Assembly (NCBI GenBank): GCA_030390025.1
Contig: CM059433.1
Span: 31,808,001 to 31,872,000, forward strand
Length of the DNA: 64,000 nt
Direction: 5' to 3'
From: Squalus acanthias
Taxonomy: Eukaryota
Numbering within the stretch: the first letter of the stretch is position 1; every line of letters begins with the position of its first letter. Shown one piece after another: positions 10,929-22,200 of this stretch. Under the pieces are notes generated by a model. The model was given only the letters and a program-made list of their open reading frames with translations. It was not told the origin of the DNA and did not search any database. The translations under genes were made by a program, and so were the position numbers.

Positions 10929-13168
10929 GGGGGTGATTTTGCCAATGGGGGCGCGTTGGGGGCGGGACTGCGGCTTGTCGAGTTTTAGTCCCGCCTCTAT
11001 CGACGTCTGGCCAACCCACGCTATTTTCCCTTGATTGACCTTGTTAAGCCCGCCCAGCGGGCTTAGCAGGCCAATTAAAGGAAAGCCGATAACAGAGAAC
11101 GTCAGCGTATGACGTTTCATCTGTCAAAAATTTTTGACAGATGAATTGTCATCGTTTGACAGCTTTGAGAAGCTGTCAAACACTGAGGCGGCGATATTCC
11201 CACTGGAGGCGAGATGGAGGCAGGTTTCAGTTTGGGTGGGTTTGAAACCCGCCTCCACTGATAGGTTTCAAAAATTTGCGATTTTCCCATGATTGGCCAC
11301 TTGATTTCAGAGGTGTGGGATGCCCTTGGTCAGTTAACGCTAAGCAACCAAATTTTTCCCCCTTAGTGTTTTGGGACTGAAACTCGCCTCTGTTGACAGC
11401 ACTTTTCCAGTCTGAATTTATGGCTTCTTGCTCCCTTGGCTCATTCCACAGAATTTCTGCATCTCCTGCACCACCTCCAACATCTTTTGAAAAACCACTA
11501 TGTCCAATTCCAAGGCAAGGGCCTACCTGAGGCTCTCGGATGAGGCGCTGCAAATGTTGTTGGAGGGGGTGACAGCTAGAATGGAGGTGCTCTTCCACTC
11601 ATCTCGGAGGCAGAGGCCTGCCAAAGAAACCAAGGCTGTGTGGGTACAGCTGGCAAGGGATATAACCTCCAGATCTGTGTGCAGATTGGGAGACTGTTTC
11701 TGTGTATTGATGAAATGCCATCCCTGTTGGAAAGCATTAAAATGATTTGAAGCCAAAATGTTGGCATTATGCCATCTGTTCTTTTGCCTTAGGCAGCTCC
11801 ACATTGCGGGCACCGCCACACTTGCGTTGTCAGGTTGGTGACCTGAGTGAAAGGAGGCCAGAGAGTCCATTGTCAATGATGTCATAGGATGGAGCAAAGG
11901 ACATGTGCCAACTTGGGCAACCTATGCAAATCTGGCCATGATAAGTTCATCCCTTGCATCCCGGGCTCTGACCTCCTCCTTCTCCTCCTCCAGAACCTCC
12001 TCCTCCTCCTCATCTGAGGTCTATGCAGAAAGAAAACAAATGGTTCCCATGCTGCTTGTAGATGCACCCTTTGAGGAAGCGCTCATTGCAAACGGGGAGA
12101 GGGTCTTCCAAGGAGGTCCCACAGTTCATGGAGTCAAGCTGTAGCACCTCCGACTTCGGAAGGCTTTCTAAAAGTGCTCAGAGACCTTTTAAAGCCAAGG
12201 TCTGGCACTTGCTAGTAATCCTTGCTGCAATAAACAATGTCTTGTTAGACCTGTAGCAGTGAGGAGGCCACCCACGAGTCAACCCACCAGATTTACCTGG
12301 TGTGGTTTAGGAGGTGCGTGGATCACACCGAAAAGCTGGAAAAATCACGAGGGCCTCTCAGAATAGGCTTAGAGAGGCCCTTAAATAGCATTTAAGGATG
12401 TTAAATAGCGCAATGGCCAGCTGGAGGTGGGAGCATTTGCCGACCTCCAAAACCGGCACCGGCAAAATCCCACGGAGGCGGGTTGGAGGCGGGTTCCAAA
12501 CCCGACCTCTTTGAATCTGATTTTCCCGCCTTTCCCGCCTCCAAACCCGCCTCCTCCGACGTCAGAAAATCGCCCCCTGACATTCTCTGTTGTTTGGTGA
12601 GTTCTTGTATTCAAGGCTCACCAAACCTATTTCCTGAGCAGAAAGCAGATGGCTGTTGCATCGGAGAATGAAGCAGCCATTCTGTCATCTCTGCCATGGA
12701 GATGCCGGAGCCTCCGGATCCCCAACGATTGAAGCCTGCAGGAAGAAACAAAGGTAAGGAAACTTTTTCTAACACTTTTCACTCACCTCACATACTTACC
12801 TCTCCACACTTGCACCCATCACTCACCTCCACAGCGCACTTTTGGACCCCTTTGACCCCCGCAGACCCACTGCTCACCTCGCTGACCCTAGCGGGGTTTC
12901 CCAACATTGGGAAGCCCGCACCTCTATTGCAAAAATAGGGATAATCCTCTTAACTGCCTGTTAACTACCTGTTAACAGGCAGTTAAGTGGCTGTAATCCC
13001 CTTCCCGCCTCCAGGAGACGGGACCCGGCGCGGGTCGTGTACCCGCCTCCTAGGAAGATGGCACGGAGGCGGGTTGGGTGCGGGATGGGTACCCGCCCCC
13101 AGATTCTGCCATTTTCCCGGCAGTCCCGCCTCCAAACCCACCTTCCCAGGGCTGGCAAAATCACCCCT
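10929..13168. mobile_element. Non-autonomous Harbinger (MITE) containing a nested element
   Basis: TIR GGGGTGATTTTGCCA / TGGCAAAATCACCCC, 3-bp TSD AAT; body homologous to 13239-14082. Confidence 0.88.
11187..12577. mobile_element. Internally deleted Harbinger nested in the MITE
   Basis: TIR GGCGGCGATATTC / GAAAATCGCCCCC, TSD TGA; Myb/SANT start at 11500 (+, RLSDEALQMLLEGV...W); transposase C-terminus on minus strand (EEEE..ARDELIMARFA*). Confidence 0.85.
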
Positions 13169-13238
13169 AATACTCCAGTTGAGGCCAAACCATTATTTTA
13201 TAAAGGTTCATCATAACTTCCTTGCTTTTGTACTCTAT

Positions 13239-14082
13239 GGGCTCGATTTTGTCAATGGGGACGTGATGGAGGCGGGACTCCCACTTTTTGGGTTGTAGTC
13301 CCGCCTCCATCGATTTGTGGCCAACCCACGCTACTTTCCCTTGATTGACCTTGTTAAGCCCGCCCAGCGGGCTCAGCAGGCCAATTAAGGGACACCTGGA
13401 TACTAGTGACGTCAGCGATTGACATTTCATCTGTCAAGAGCTTTTGACAGATGAAATATCAGCGTTTGACAGCTTTGTGAAGCTGTCAAACTCTGACAAT
13501 CTGTCTTCTAACTTGAGTCTTTCTACTCAGACTCAGTTAGAGAGCTCTCCAGACCAGAAAGCAGAGGCTGTAGCTTTTGACAGTTCAGCGGCCATTCTGC
13601 TTTCTGTGCCGGTAAGATGAGGGACTCCCGAGAACTGAAGGGAGGAAGCCTGGAGGAGAAAGTAAAGGTAAGTAAAACTTATTAAAACACTTTACACACA
13701 CCAAACACACTTACCTCTGCACTCATGCACCCATCACTCACCTGTACACTGGACATCTCGACCCCTCCAAGCCCTGCAGACCGACGGTCCGCCTTGCTAA
13801 CTTGGCGTGGTTTGGAGCCGTCGGGCAGCCCACACGTCAGGGCTAAAAATAGGGATTAGCCAAAAAACTGCCTATTAACTACCTGTTAACAGGCAGTTAA
13901 TTGGCACCATTCCCCTTCCCGCCCCGGGGAGGCGGCTCCCAGCACAGGTCGGGTATCCGCCTCCTAGGACATTGGCATGGAGGCGGGTTGGGGGTGGGAT
14001 GGGTACGTGCCCCCCGAATCTGCAATTTTCCCACCACTCCCGCCTCCAAACCCGCCTCCACGGGGCTTGGAAATTCGAGCCC
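13239..14082. mobile_element. Harbinger MITE
   Basis: TIR GGGCTCGA(T/A)TTT, TSD TAT, interrupts CR1. Confidence 0.88.
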
Positions 14083-14827
14083 TATGCCTCTATTTATAAA
14101 GCCCAGGATCCCGTATGCTTTTTTAACTGCTTTCTCAACTTGCCCTGCCACCTTCAATAATTTGTGCACATATATGCCCAGGTCTCTCTGTTCATGCACC
14201 CCCTTTAGAATTGTACCCTTTAGTTTATACTGCCTCTCCTCATTCTTCCTACCAAAATGTATTACTTTGCAAGTTTCTGCGTTAAATTTCATCTGCCACG
14301 TGTCCGCCCATTCCACCAGCCTGTCTATGACCTCTTGAAGTCTATTACTATCTTCCTCACTGTTCAATATACTTCCAAGTTTTGTGTCATCTGCAAATTT
14401 TGAAATAGTGCTCTGTACACCCAAGTCCAAGTCATTAATATATATCAAGAAAAGCAGTGGTCCTCGTACGGAACCTTGGGGAACACCACTGTGTACCTTC
14501 CTCCAGTCCAATAAACAACCGTTCACCACTACTCTTTGTTTCCTGTAACTTAGCCAATTTTGTATCCATGCTGCCACTGTCTCTTTTATTCCATGGGCTT
14601 CAACTTTGCTGGCAAGCCTATTATGTGGAACTTTATCAAACGCCTTATGGAAGTCCATGTATACGACATCAACCGCAATGCCCTCATCAACCCTCTTTGT
14701 TACCTCATCAAAAAACTCAATCAAGTTAGTTAAACACGATTTGCTGTTGTTGTTGAGAAACTGGGATTGCTCTCCTTAGAGCAGAGAATTTTAAGGGGCG
14801 ATTTGATAGGGGTGTTCAAAATGATGA

Positions 14828-15490
14828 AGGGGTAAAAATTGGGTACCTTCGCCGGGGCAAAACAGTTAGCGTCCCCGTGGCCGATTTTCCCAGGTAGCGC
14901 CCGAGAGGGAGGAGGGGCGCTACTGGAAGCGCCCCGCGGCCCTCTTGGGGCGCTGCGAGATGATATCGCGGCGCTACGTGCCGCGGTACTGCAGGCCTTC
15001 CTCCCCTTAATAAAGGGGGGCGGCCTGGCGCAGCGCGTCCCGGCGCCCAGCTGGGCCACCAGGGATCGGGAGTGCCGGCAAATAAGCCCGGCACTCAAGC
15101 GGAGTGCTGGGCTTACAGAGCACAGCCGGCACCCCGCGGGGGGGCTTCACGGGGGCCGAGGGCAGCAACGGGGGCAGGTGCTGGCAGGCGGCCAGCAACA
15201 AAAATGGCCGCCCGCCACCTCCCCTTTAACGAGCGCTGGCCTGCCCGCAGGTAGGGCCTCCTGACCCCAGTGGACATAGCGTCCGGCGGTAAGTTGGGGG
15301 GGCGCCACCCAATATTACAGCCGGGGTGCAAGCGGGGCGCTACGCATGGCGATGACGTCATCGCGGCGGCGCAGTGCCGTGCGGCGCTAATGGTTAGCGT
15401 CGCTGCTAACCTCCCGCTGAGTTTCGCGGGAGGCGTTAACTGTGCAGCGCCCAGGCGTTAGTTGATTTGCGCCCCATTAGCGCCCTCTTA
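14828..15490. mobile_element. GC-rich Harbinger MITE with right end deleted, inside a plus-strand CR1 3' fragment (~14750-15570)
   Basis: Starts GGGGTAAAAATT; ends in GCCCCATTAGCGCCCTCTTA shared with the subterminal region of 55034-59229. Confidence 0.75.
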
Positions 15491-16094
15491 GGGACTAACT
15501 GGATAGCTCTTTCAAAGAGCTGGCACAGGCACGATGGGCCGAATGGCCTTCTGTGCTGTATGATTCTATCAATTAGAAATTAGAATCTCAAAACCTGTTT
15601 GATTCAGCAATTACATTATCTTTTGATTTTTGTAGGAATCTAAGTAGATACAATTCTCTTAAAATTATTCTATTATTTAAAAAAGATAAAATGTAAAAAA
15701 AAACTACAAATATTGGACATTTTCTACCGATATGTTCAGAAAGCCTTTGATAAGGTACCTCACACTAGGTTGCTTCACAAGATAGAATCTTATGGTATCA
15801 GTGGGAATTTGATACGCTGGATTAGGAATCGGCTCCATTTCTGGAGATAAAAGGTTGTAGTCAGTGGCCATGGACCAGTCTGGGGGCAGGTTAATAGTGA
15901 TGTTCCCCAGTGATCTGTCCGATGCCCGTTAGTGTTCACTGTTTTTCTTAATGACCTGGACAGTGGTGTTAGGGGTATGGTCACTAAGTTTGCAGATGAT
16001 ACTAAATTCTGTGCAAGGGTTAAGGCAGCAGAGGAGTCCAATCACTCCTCTACGGTCTTGAAGTGTCAGCTGTGGCTCAGTGGGTAGCACTCTC

Positions 16095-18104
16095 TAAGTG
16101 GGAGGGGCTAGGAGTGAGCAGGTGCTGCTGGGTGCTTGATTACTGCAGGGAGTTGGAGTGTGTTTGTAAAAATGTGTTGGTGGTTTTTTTTTCAGGTTTT
16201 AGGGTCTTTTTGGTCCTTAAACAGGAGCCAGATGGCTGCTGAGGGGTCCGGAGGCCGGACCCCTCAGAGGACAATGTTCCCAGGATGAATTTAATCAGGG
16301 GAGAAAATGTTGGGGGAAGGGAGAAAAAAACAGCCCAAAGATTTGGACCGGGACCCCAGGAGGTTTGGAAAAGAAAACACGGTGGTGGTTCAGTGCGAGG
16401 ATAAGGAGATACGAGCTTGGGATATTATCCAGGTGGTACATGAGGACTACGGCGAGGGAAGGTGGTTTGCCTGCTGACTAAAACCGAATGTTGCATTCGA
16501 GGTGACGGTCAGTGGTCGCGAGGAGGTGGAAAGACTTTTACTGAGTTTGTAGGTTGGAGATAAGTTCTTGGAGGTATCTCTGCTATATTCTGAAGAGGTG
16601 GTGGTCTCATTCTTAAACCTGCCAGTTTATATTGAGGATGATGTGCTAATAAAAAAGTTGGAGTTGTGGGAGGTTAAAATTTGCTCGGCAATAAAGGGGA
16701 GATACTATCCAGGAACACAAGTAGCAGATGGAACCCGTTATGTAAAGGTGCGGTTCTCAGAGGGGGTGAAATCACTGCCGTATACCATTAAATTCGAGAC
16801 AATGGAAGGAGTGCAGTACTTCTGGGTACTGTATGGTAACCAGGTGAAGGTTTGTTATTATTGTCTTGGACACGATCATCTTGTAAGAAGCTGTCCAGAC
16901 TTGTACTGTTATAACTGCGGCGAGTCTGGACACATCGCTCGGAGCTGCAAGACGGAGAGCTGTGGGGTGTGTCAGAAAGGCCCCACCCGCTGTGAGTGTG
17001 AGGCAGAAGGAAGCCCCTGGAGTGACGAGGAGATGGGAGAAGGAGAAGGAGCACGAGGTGTGAGTGGAGCAGCTGGAGAAGCGGAGGAGAAAAGAGCGCC
17101 GGAAGAGGCAGAAAATTGTGGAACAGAGAACAGGATGGAGATGGTGGAAAACACACCAAGTACAGTGGAAAAGGACAAAGACAGCAGCGGGCAGCATGGG
17201 TCGAGGGCAGAGTCGAGCCATAATATGGCTCGGCTCTCCCTAAAGAATCTGGTGTCCACGGGGGGAGAGGAGGCAGGAGCGGGGTGCAGAGTAAGTGTAA
17301 GTACTCCAAAGAAAGATGGCGAGTCAGACATCTCAGGGACCAGGAGGGGGCAAGACAAGAAGAGGGTACAAGAGGCAGGAACCTTAAAGGGACGGCAGGA
17401 CGGGAGCGGGGAGACAAAGACGCCAGAAGGGAGCAAGATAGGTACAGATGCGCCATTGTCCCAGAGAGAGAAGAAACGGGGAGCAAGGGTCAGCGGTGGA
17501 GATGAGGCTGAAGTGAGTGGCACTGTTGGAGAAACAGTGATAGTAGGAAGACTCTCCAAGGGAGATTATGTATCTGACTGGGAGCAGGGACGGGAGGTTA
17601 CAGAAGAGCTCGAGAGTGAGGAGTCAGAGGGGGACAGAGACATGGAAGTGGGGGGTGGGGTGGCATCGTGTGGAAAGGGAAAGGTTAGTGAGGGGCAGAA
17701 GGAGGGAGAAGGGGCAGCTCCTTGGCCCAAACCTAATGTAAGGAAGATGCTGAAATTGCAAGGAAGGTTCAAACAGGAGGTGAAAAAGAGCCGGAGGCTG
17801 CAGGAGAAAGCAACAGCTGCCCGAAAAGTTGGGAAGGAGCATGAGAGGAGAGAAGGGCCGGAGATTAAATGATGGGGGGATTATCAGGCACAATTCCCTT
17901 ATTCGGAGCCATGATTACTGATCAATTTTTAAAGTACAATAGATCAGTATATGTTATGGGAGACAAATTAAACTTCAGGTTTTGATGTTAATATGTGGTG
18001 GAGGAATGGCTGTGCAGAGCGGCAGAATGGATTTGTATGACACAATGGAATGATCACGATGTTGTAAATGTTTTTAATGTTCAATAAATATATATATAAA
18101 AAAA
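16095..18104 (+). mobile_element. Tx1-clade-like non-LTR element carrying ORF1 only
   Basis: 15-bp TSD GTGG(G/A)TAGCACTCTC at 16080-16094 and 18105-18119; AATAAA plus A tail; no endonuclease or RT sequence. Confidence 0.85.
16232..17872 (+). pseudogene. Tx1-type ORF1 (gag-like, CCHC zinc knuckles), disrupted at its 5' end
   Basis: VVSFLNLPVYIEDD...ADGTRYVKV..LPYTIKF...CYYCLGHDHLVRSC..CYNCGESGHIARSC; open 16568-17872, with stops/frameshift upstream. Confidence 0.82.
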
Positions 18105-19194
18105 GTGGATAGCACTCTCGCCTCTGAGTCAGAAGGTTGTGGGTTCAAGTCCCACTGTAGAGACTTGAGCACAAAAACCTAGGATGACACTCCAGTGTAG
18201 TGCTGAGGGAGTGCTGCACTGTCGGATGTGTTGTCTTTCAGATGAGATGTTAAACCGAGGCCCCGTTTGCTCTCTCGGGTCGATGTAAAAGATCCCATGG
18301 CACTATTTTGAAGAAGAGCAGGGAAGTTATTCCCGGTGTCCTGGTCAATATTTATCCCTCAATCAATATCACTAAAACAGATTATCTGGTCATTATCACA
18401 TTGCTGTTTGTGGGACCTTGCTGTGTGCAAATTGGCTGCTACGTTTCCTACATTACAACAGTGACTACACTTCAAATGTACTTCATTGGCTGCAAAGCGC
18501 TTTGGGACGTCCGGTGGTTGTGAAAGGCGCTATATAAATGCAAGTCTTTCTTTTTATCAAATGGAAACAGATTTAGGTGTGCTAAGGGAATGGTCCATAT
18601 AATAGCAAATGGCATTTAACCTAGACAAATGCAGTGCGATGCATGTAGCTAAAGCCAATACAGAATATTCTTATCATTTACAGGGAACGACACTGAATGC
18701 GGTTGAAAGAGAAAAGGATCTGGTTTTATTGTGCACAAATTACTGAAGGTTTGCAACCAATGCAGCAAATCCATAGCCAAAGCTAACAGTGTGTTGGGTT
18801 GTATTACTAGAACCATTCAATACCAATCAAGGACACCATTTTCTCATTATACAGATCGCTGGTTAGACCACATATAGAGAACTGCACCCATATCATATGG
18901 TGGATGATATAGTGGCCTCGGAAAAAGTTCAGAGGAGAGCTATGAAAATGATTCCTAGCTTAAAGAACCTTAGTTATTCAGTTAGGCTTAAAGAGCTGGG
19001 TCTATTTACTCTGGAGCAGTATAGACTTAGAGGTGGCCTGATAGGTTTATAAAATAACAAAAGGGCTGGATAGCATGCCTATTGATGAGATTATTCCAGC
19101 TCGACAGATTGGGGATCACCAGGGGACATGCGTTTAAACTATGCAAAAGTAGGAATAGACTAGATGTTGGGCAGTTCTTGTTTGCCGGAGAGTA

Positions 19195-20243
19195 CAGGCC
19201 GCACCATTTACTCCATCCACACTTATCCCGGGTAACGGTCTATATCGGGCAAATGGCGTCAATCATTTGCAATTTCTGAAGGTAATTACAAAGGCCCCTC
19301 TTATAATACGTTAAGCGGATCAGCTATTTCGGGCAATTCAATAAGCTTTTCAGACCTCGTTAAAGTGCGATTAAATACTGTTCACTATTTGCCTGAGGAG
19401 TTGAGTGCCTCAGTGATGCAGTGCCACTGGTTGTATGAGGAAAGAGCGTGGGGAAATAATGGCTGAGTGAGGGGATTGAATGTATTGACCGGCCATTGCT
19501 TAGGCTGAAAGATGTAACTGTTTTTTATTGTGTTCCTCCTACATGAACACCACCTGGGTTTAACTGTCGTTTTGTCTGAGACTTTTGAGAAAGGCACAGC
19601 GCCAATGATCGGCAGTAGCTCTCTCTGTCAGATCAGCTCAGTGAACAGGGATCGACTATAGGAACGATACTGGATGTTAGGTAGCGTTCTGTGCTCAGTG
19701 TGGTGAACAGGGATCTCCTATAGGAACGATCCTGGATGTTAGGTAGCACTGTGTGGTCAGTGCGGTGAACAGGGATCTCCTATAGGAACGATACTGGATG
19801 TTAGGTAGCACTGTGTGGTCAGTGTGGTGAACAGGGATCTCCTATAGGAACGATACTGGATGTTAGGTAGCACTGTGTGGTCAGTGTGGTGAACAGGGAT
19901 CTCCTATAGGAATGATACTGGATGTTAGGTAGCACTGTGTGGTCAGTGTGGTGAACAGGGATCTCCTACAGGAATGATACTGGATGTTAGGTAGTGTTCT
20001 GTGGTCAGCCTGTTTCAGTCTAACAGCCAGTAGCTTAAGAGTCCTTTAAACTTTTGGGCCGGCAAAGCAAAGAACCTAGACCAGATTTAGGTGGAGTAAG
20101 CAAATGTCTCTGAAAGATTTAGACAGAAAGTACTGTTTACTATTCACCTGTTTTTATTTGACACTTTGAGCTTTTACCATCCACTGCTCATAGCGGACAA
20201 ATCTCGTTAACACCAGCTCGCCGGCTAGAAGCAGTGGGGACTG
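19195..20243. mobile_element. Tc1/mariner (pogo/Tigger-like) non-autonomous DNA element
   Basis: TA TSD, CAG...CTG ends with imperfect TIR (CAGGCCGCAC vs CAGTCCCCAC), interrupts the CR1 frame. Confidence 0.65.
19638..20007 (+). repeat. 62-bp minisatellite, ~6 copies
   Basis: GTGAACAGGGATC recurs at 19641, 19703, 19765, 19827, 19889 and 19951. Confidence 0.95.
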
Positions 20244-21397
20244 TAGCGAGTGGCTGGAATGTGGTGCTGGACAGCGTGGTGGGTGCTGACTCTCTGCACG
20301 CCTTCAAAAAGGAGTTGGACTGGTTCTTGACTAGGGCAGAGAGCACTTCATATAGAAGGTAAGTGTCCTTATAGATAACACTTGGTCCGTGTGATCTCCT
20401 GGACTGGTGTTGATTGCTTGAGGGGGTTGGAGAGGAATTTTCCCGAGTATTTTCTCCCTTATTGGCCCTGGGTTCTTCTCTGTTTTTTTTTCCACTTACC
20501 TGACTTCCCTAAGATGAGACCATGCACTGAGTATATCTGAACTCTATATCTGTGCTTCCCACACAGGCAATATACTCATATTTTGTAACTCAACTTATTA
20601 CAGAAGAGTCCATCTGTAAATAATTGGAATGAGACCCACCACCACCATATCACATAACACGTTTTTTTATTTGTGCACAAGACATTGTTCATATTCTGTA
20701 GGAGATTTTATACAATGCAGTTCGCTTACAAAACTTAATTTACCGATATTGATTTTGCTGTACTCAAATATTAATGCACTCATACTTGCGTGTTACTAAA
20801 TCCACAATACATATCCAGTCCGTTATCCCTAGGGGATGGTTCCAATTGTACTGTAAATGGTATAAACTGAAGATAGGTCTTTCTCATTACATGGGTCTTG
20901 TATGTGGTTCAGCAACATTAAAGTGTAAAGCTTATGCACAGTAATACTGAGTTATAATAGAGATCAAGTTAAAATAATTATACACAATCATTGTCGCACG
21001 TACCTATTAAATTAGGCGACATTGTGACGCAGTTTGGACGAGTGGCAGAAGATGTTTTCGCAAGGGACTACAATTATCCAATGTGTGCACTGCAAGCCTT
21101 TGCAATAGGATTGCCCAGTTTCAACAGTAAATTGGCATGTGAATGAGGACAACAGTGGGTGCAGGTCTCCACTTTTTTTTAGAAAAAGAAAACAAAAGGG
21201 ACATATTTATTGTACTGTGATGGTTTTGTTGTAATCACGCAAACTGATCTACTATGGAATTGGTTTAAATCAAAAATCGAAACAAATAAATGAAAAGAAA
21301 TAATAATTCTCCAAATGTCAGAAATAGATTCCCAAGTGGCCTAGCAATCATGGCAATGTCACTAAATCCACAACAAATATCTAGTCCTTTATCCCTA

Positions 21398-22200
21398 GGG
21401 GATGGTTCCCTCAATGGCTCAGCAAGCTTATCTGGTACAGAGCTGAGTCACACCAGCCAAGAAGGTCCTCTCACATCTATGTCAGAAGGTTGTGGGTTGA
21501 AGCCCCACTCCAGAGACTTGAGCACATACTCTAGGCAGACACTCCTGTGCAGCACTGTCAGAGGTGCCATCTTTCAGATGTGACGTTAAACCAAGGACCT
21601 GCCTGCCCTCTCGAATGGGTGTAAGAGGCCCCATGGCAATTTTTTGAAGTAGAGGAGTTCTCCCCGGTGTCCTGGGGCCCAATATTTGACCCTCAATCAA
21701 CATCATGAAAAACAGATGATCTGGTCATTATCACATTGCTGTTTGTGGGAGCTTGCTGTGTGCAAGCTGGCTGTTGCATTTCCTACATTACAACAGTGAC
21801 TACACTTCAAAAGTACATCATTGGCTATAAAGCGCTTTGGGATGTCCTGAGGTCGTGAAAGATGCTATATAATTACATCTTTCTTTAGGTTGGATCCCTG
21901 CTTCGTGCTGGATGAGCTCTCAGCTGGGTTGGTGATTGGGGCTGCTGCACTTGAATTGAGGCACACGTGAGTTAGAGAAGGGGGAAATCAACCGGGGCTC
22001 CCACTTTTGATGACTACATAGGATTTACCTATTGGAAATGAACATTGAGTGAAGACCATATTGGACTTGGCTTTGGTGACTCGGTAATCGAATAGCCACT
22101 TGGCCCCATCAAATTTTCCAAATGAATAGGTTCTTACTGGAATGAGCTACCAGGGTGTAGAACTGGACCCCAGCAAGGCATTAATTCCTTCAGGAGAGGA
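21398..22200 (+). mobile_element. LF-SINE-like element interrupted by a Deu/SacSINE-like copy
   Basis: GAGCTGAGTCACACCAGCCAAGAAGGTCC...AGGTTGGATCCC...CTCAGCTGGG...GGGGAAATCAACC resembles LF-SINE as recalled; diverged. Confidence 0.5.
21481..21886 (+). mobile_element. Deu/SacSINE-like SINE, 5'-truncated
   Basis: Colinear with 18128-18550. Confidence 0.85.

Larger units (their letters stand above)
10378..14745 (-). mobile_element. CR1 LINE (RT to 3' end) interrupted by Harbinger-type insertions
   Basis: CR1 segments 10378-10928, 13169-13238 and 14083-14745 rejoin seamlessly; DFHKAFDKVPH, GVPQGSV, KFADDTKL. Confidence 0.9.
16063..18555 (+). mobile_element. Deu/SacSINE-like SINE, interrupted at 16095-18104
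   Basis: TGGCTCAGTGG A box, GGTTCAAGTCC B box after the insertion, core GATGAGATGTTAAACCGAGGCCCC, L2-like tail AAGGCGCTATATAAATGCAAGT. Confidence 0.85.
15720..20480 (+). mobile_element. Old CR1 LINE split by nested insertions
   Basis: KAFDKVPH and KFADDTK at 15735-16010; resumes at 18556-19194 and 20244-20480 (RVASGWN is restored on removing the insert). Confidence 0.8.

Noticed and set aside
16772..17559. Several long minus-strand ORFs
   Set aside because: Antisense shadows of the purine-rich ORF1; no recognisable motifs.
19638..20007. Regular repeats resembling a CRISPR array
   Set aside because: Contiguous 62-bp units with no unique spacers, no cas genes, vertebrate context.
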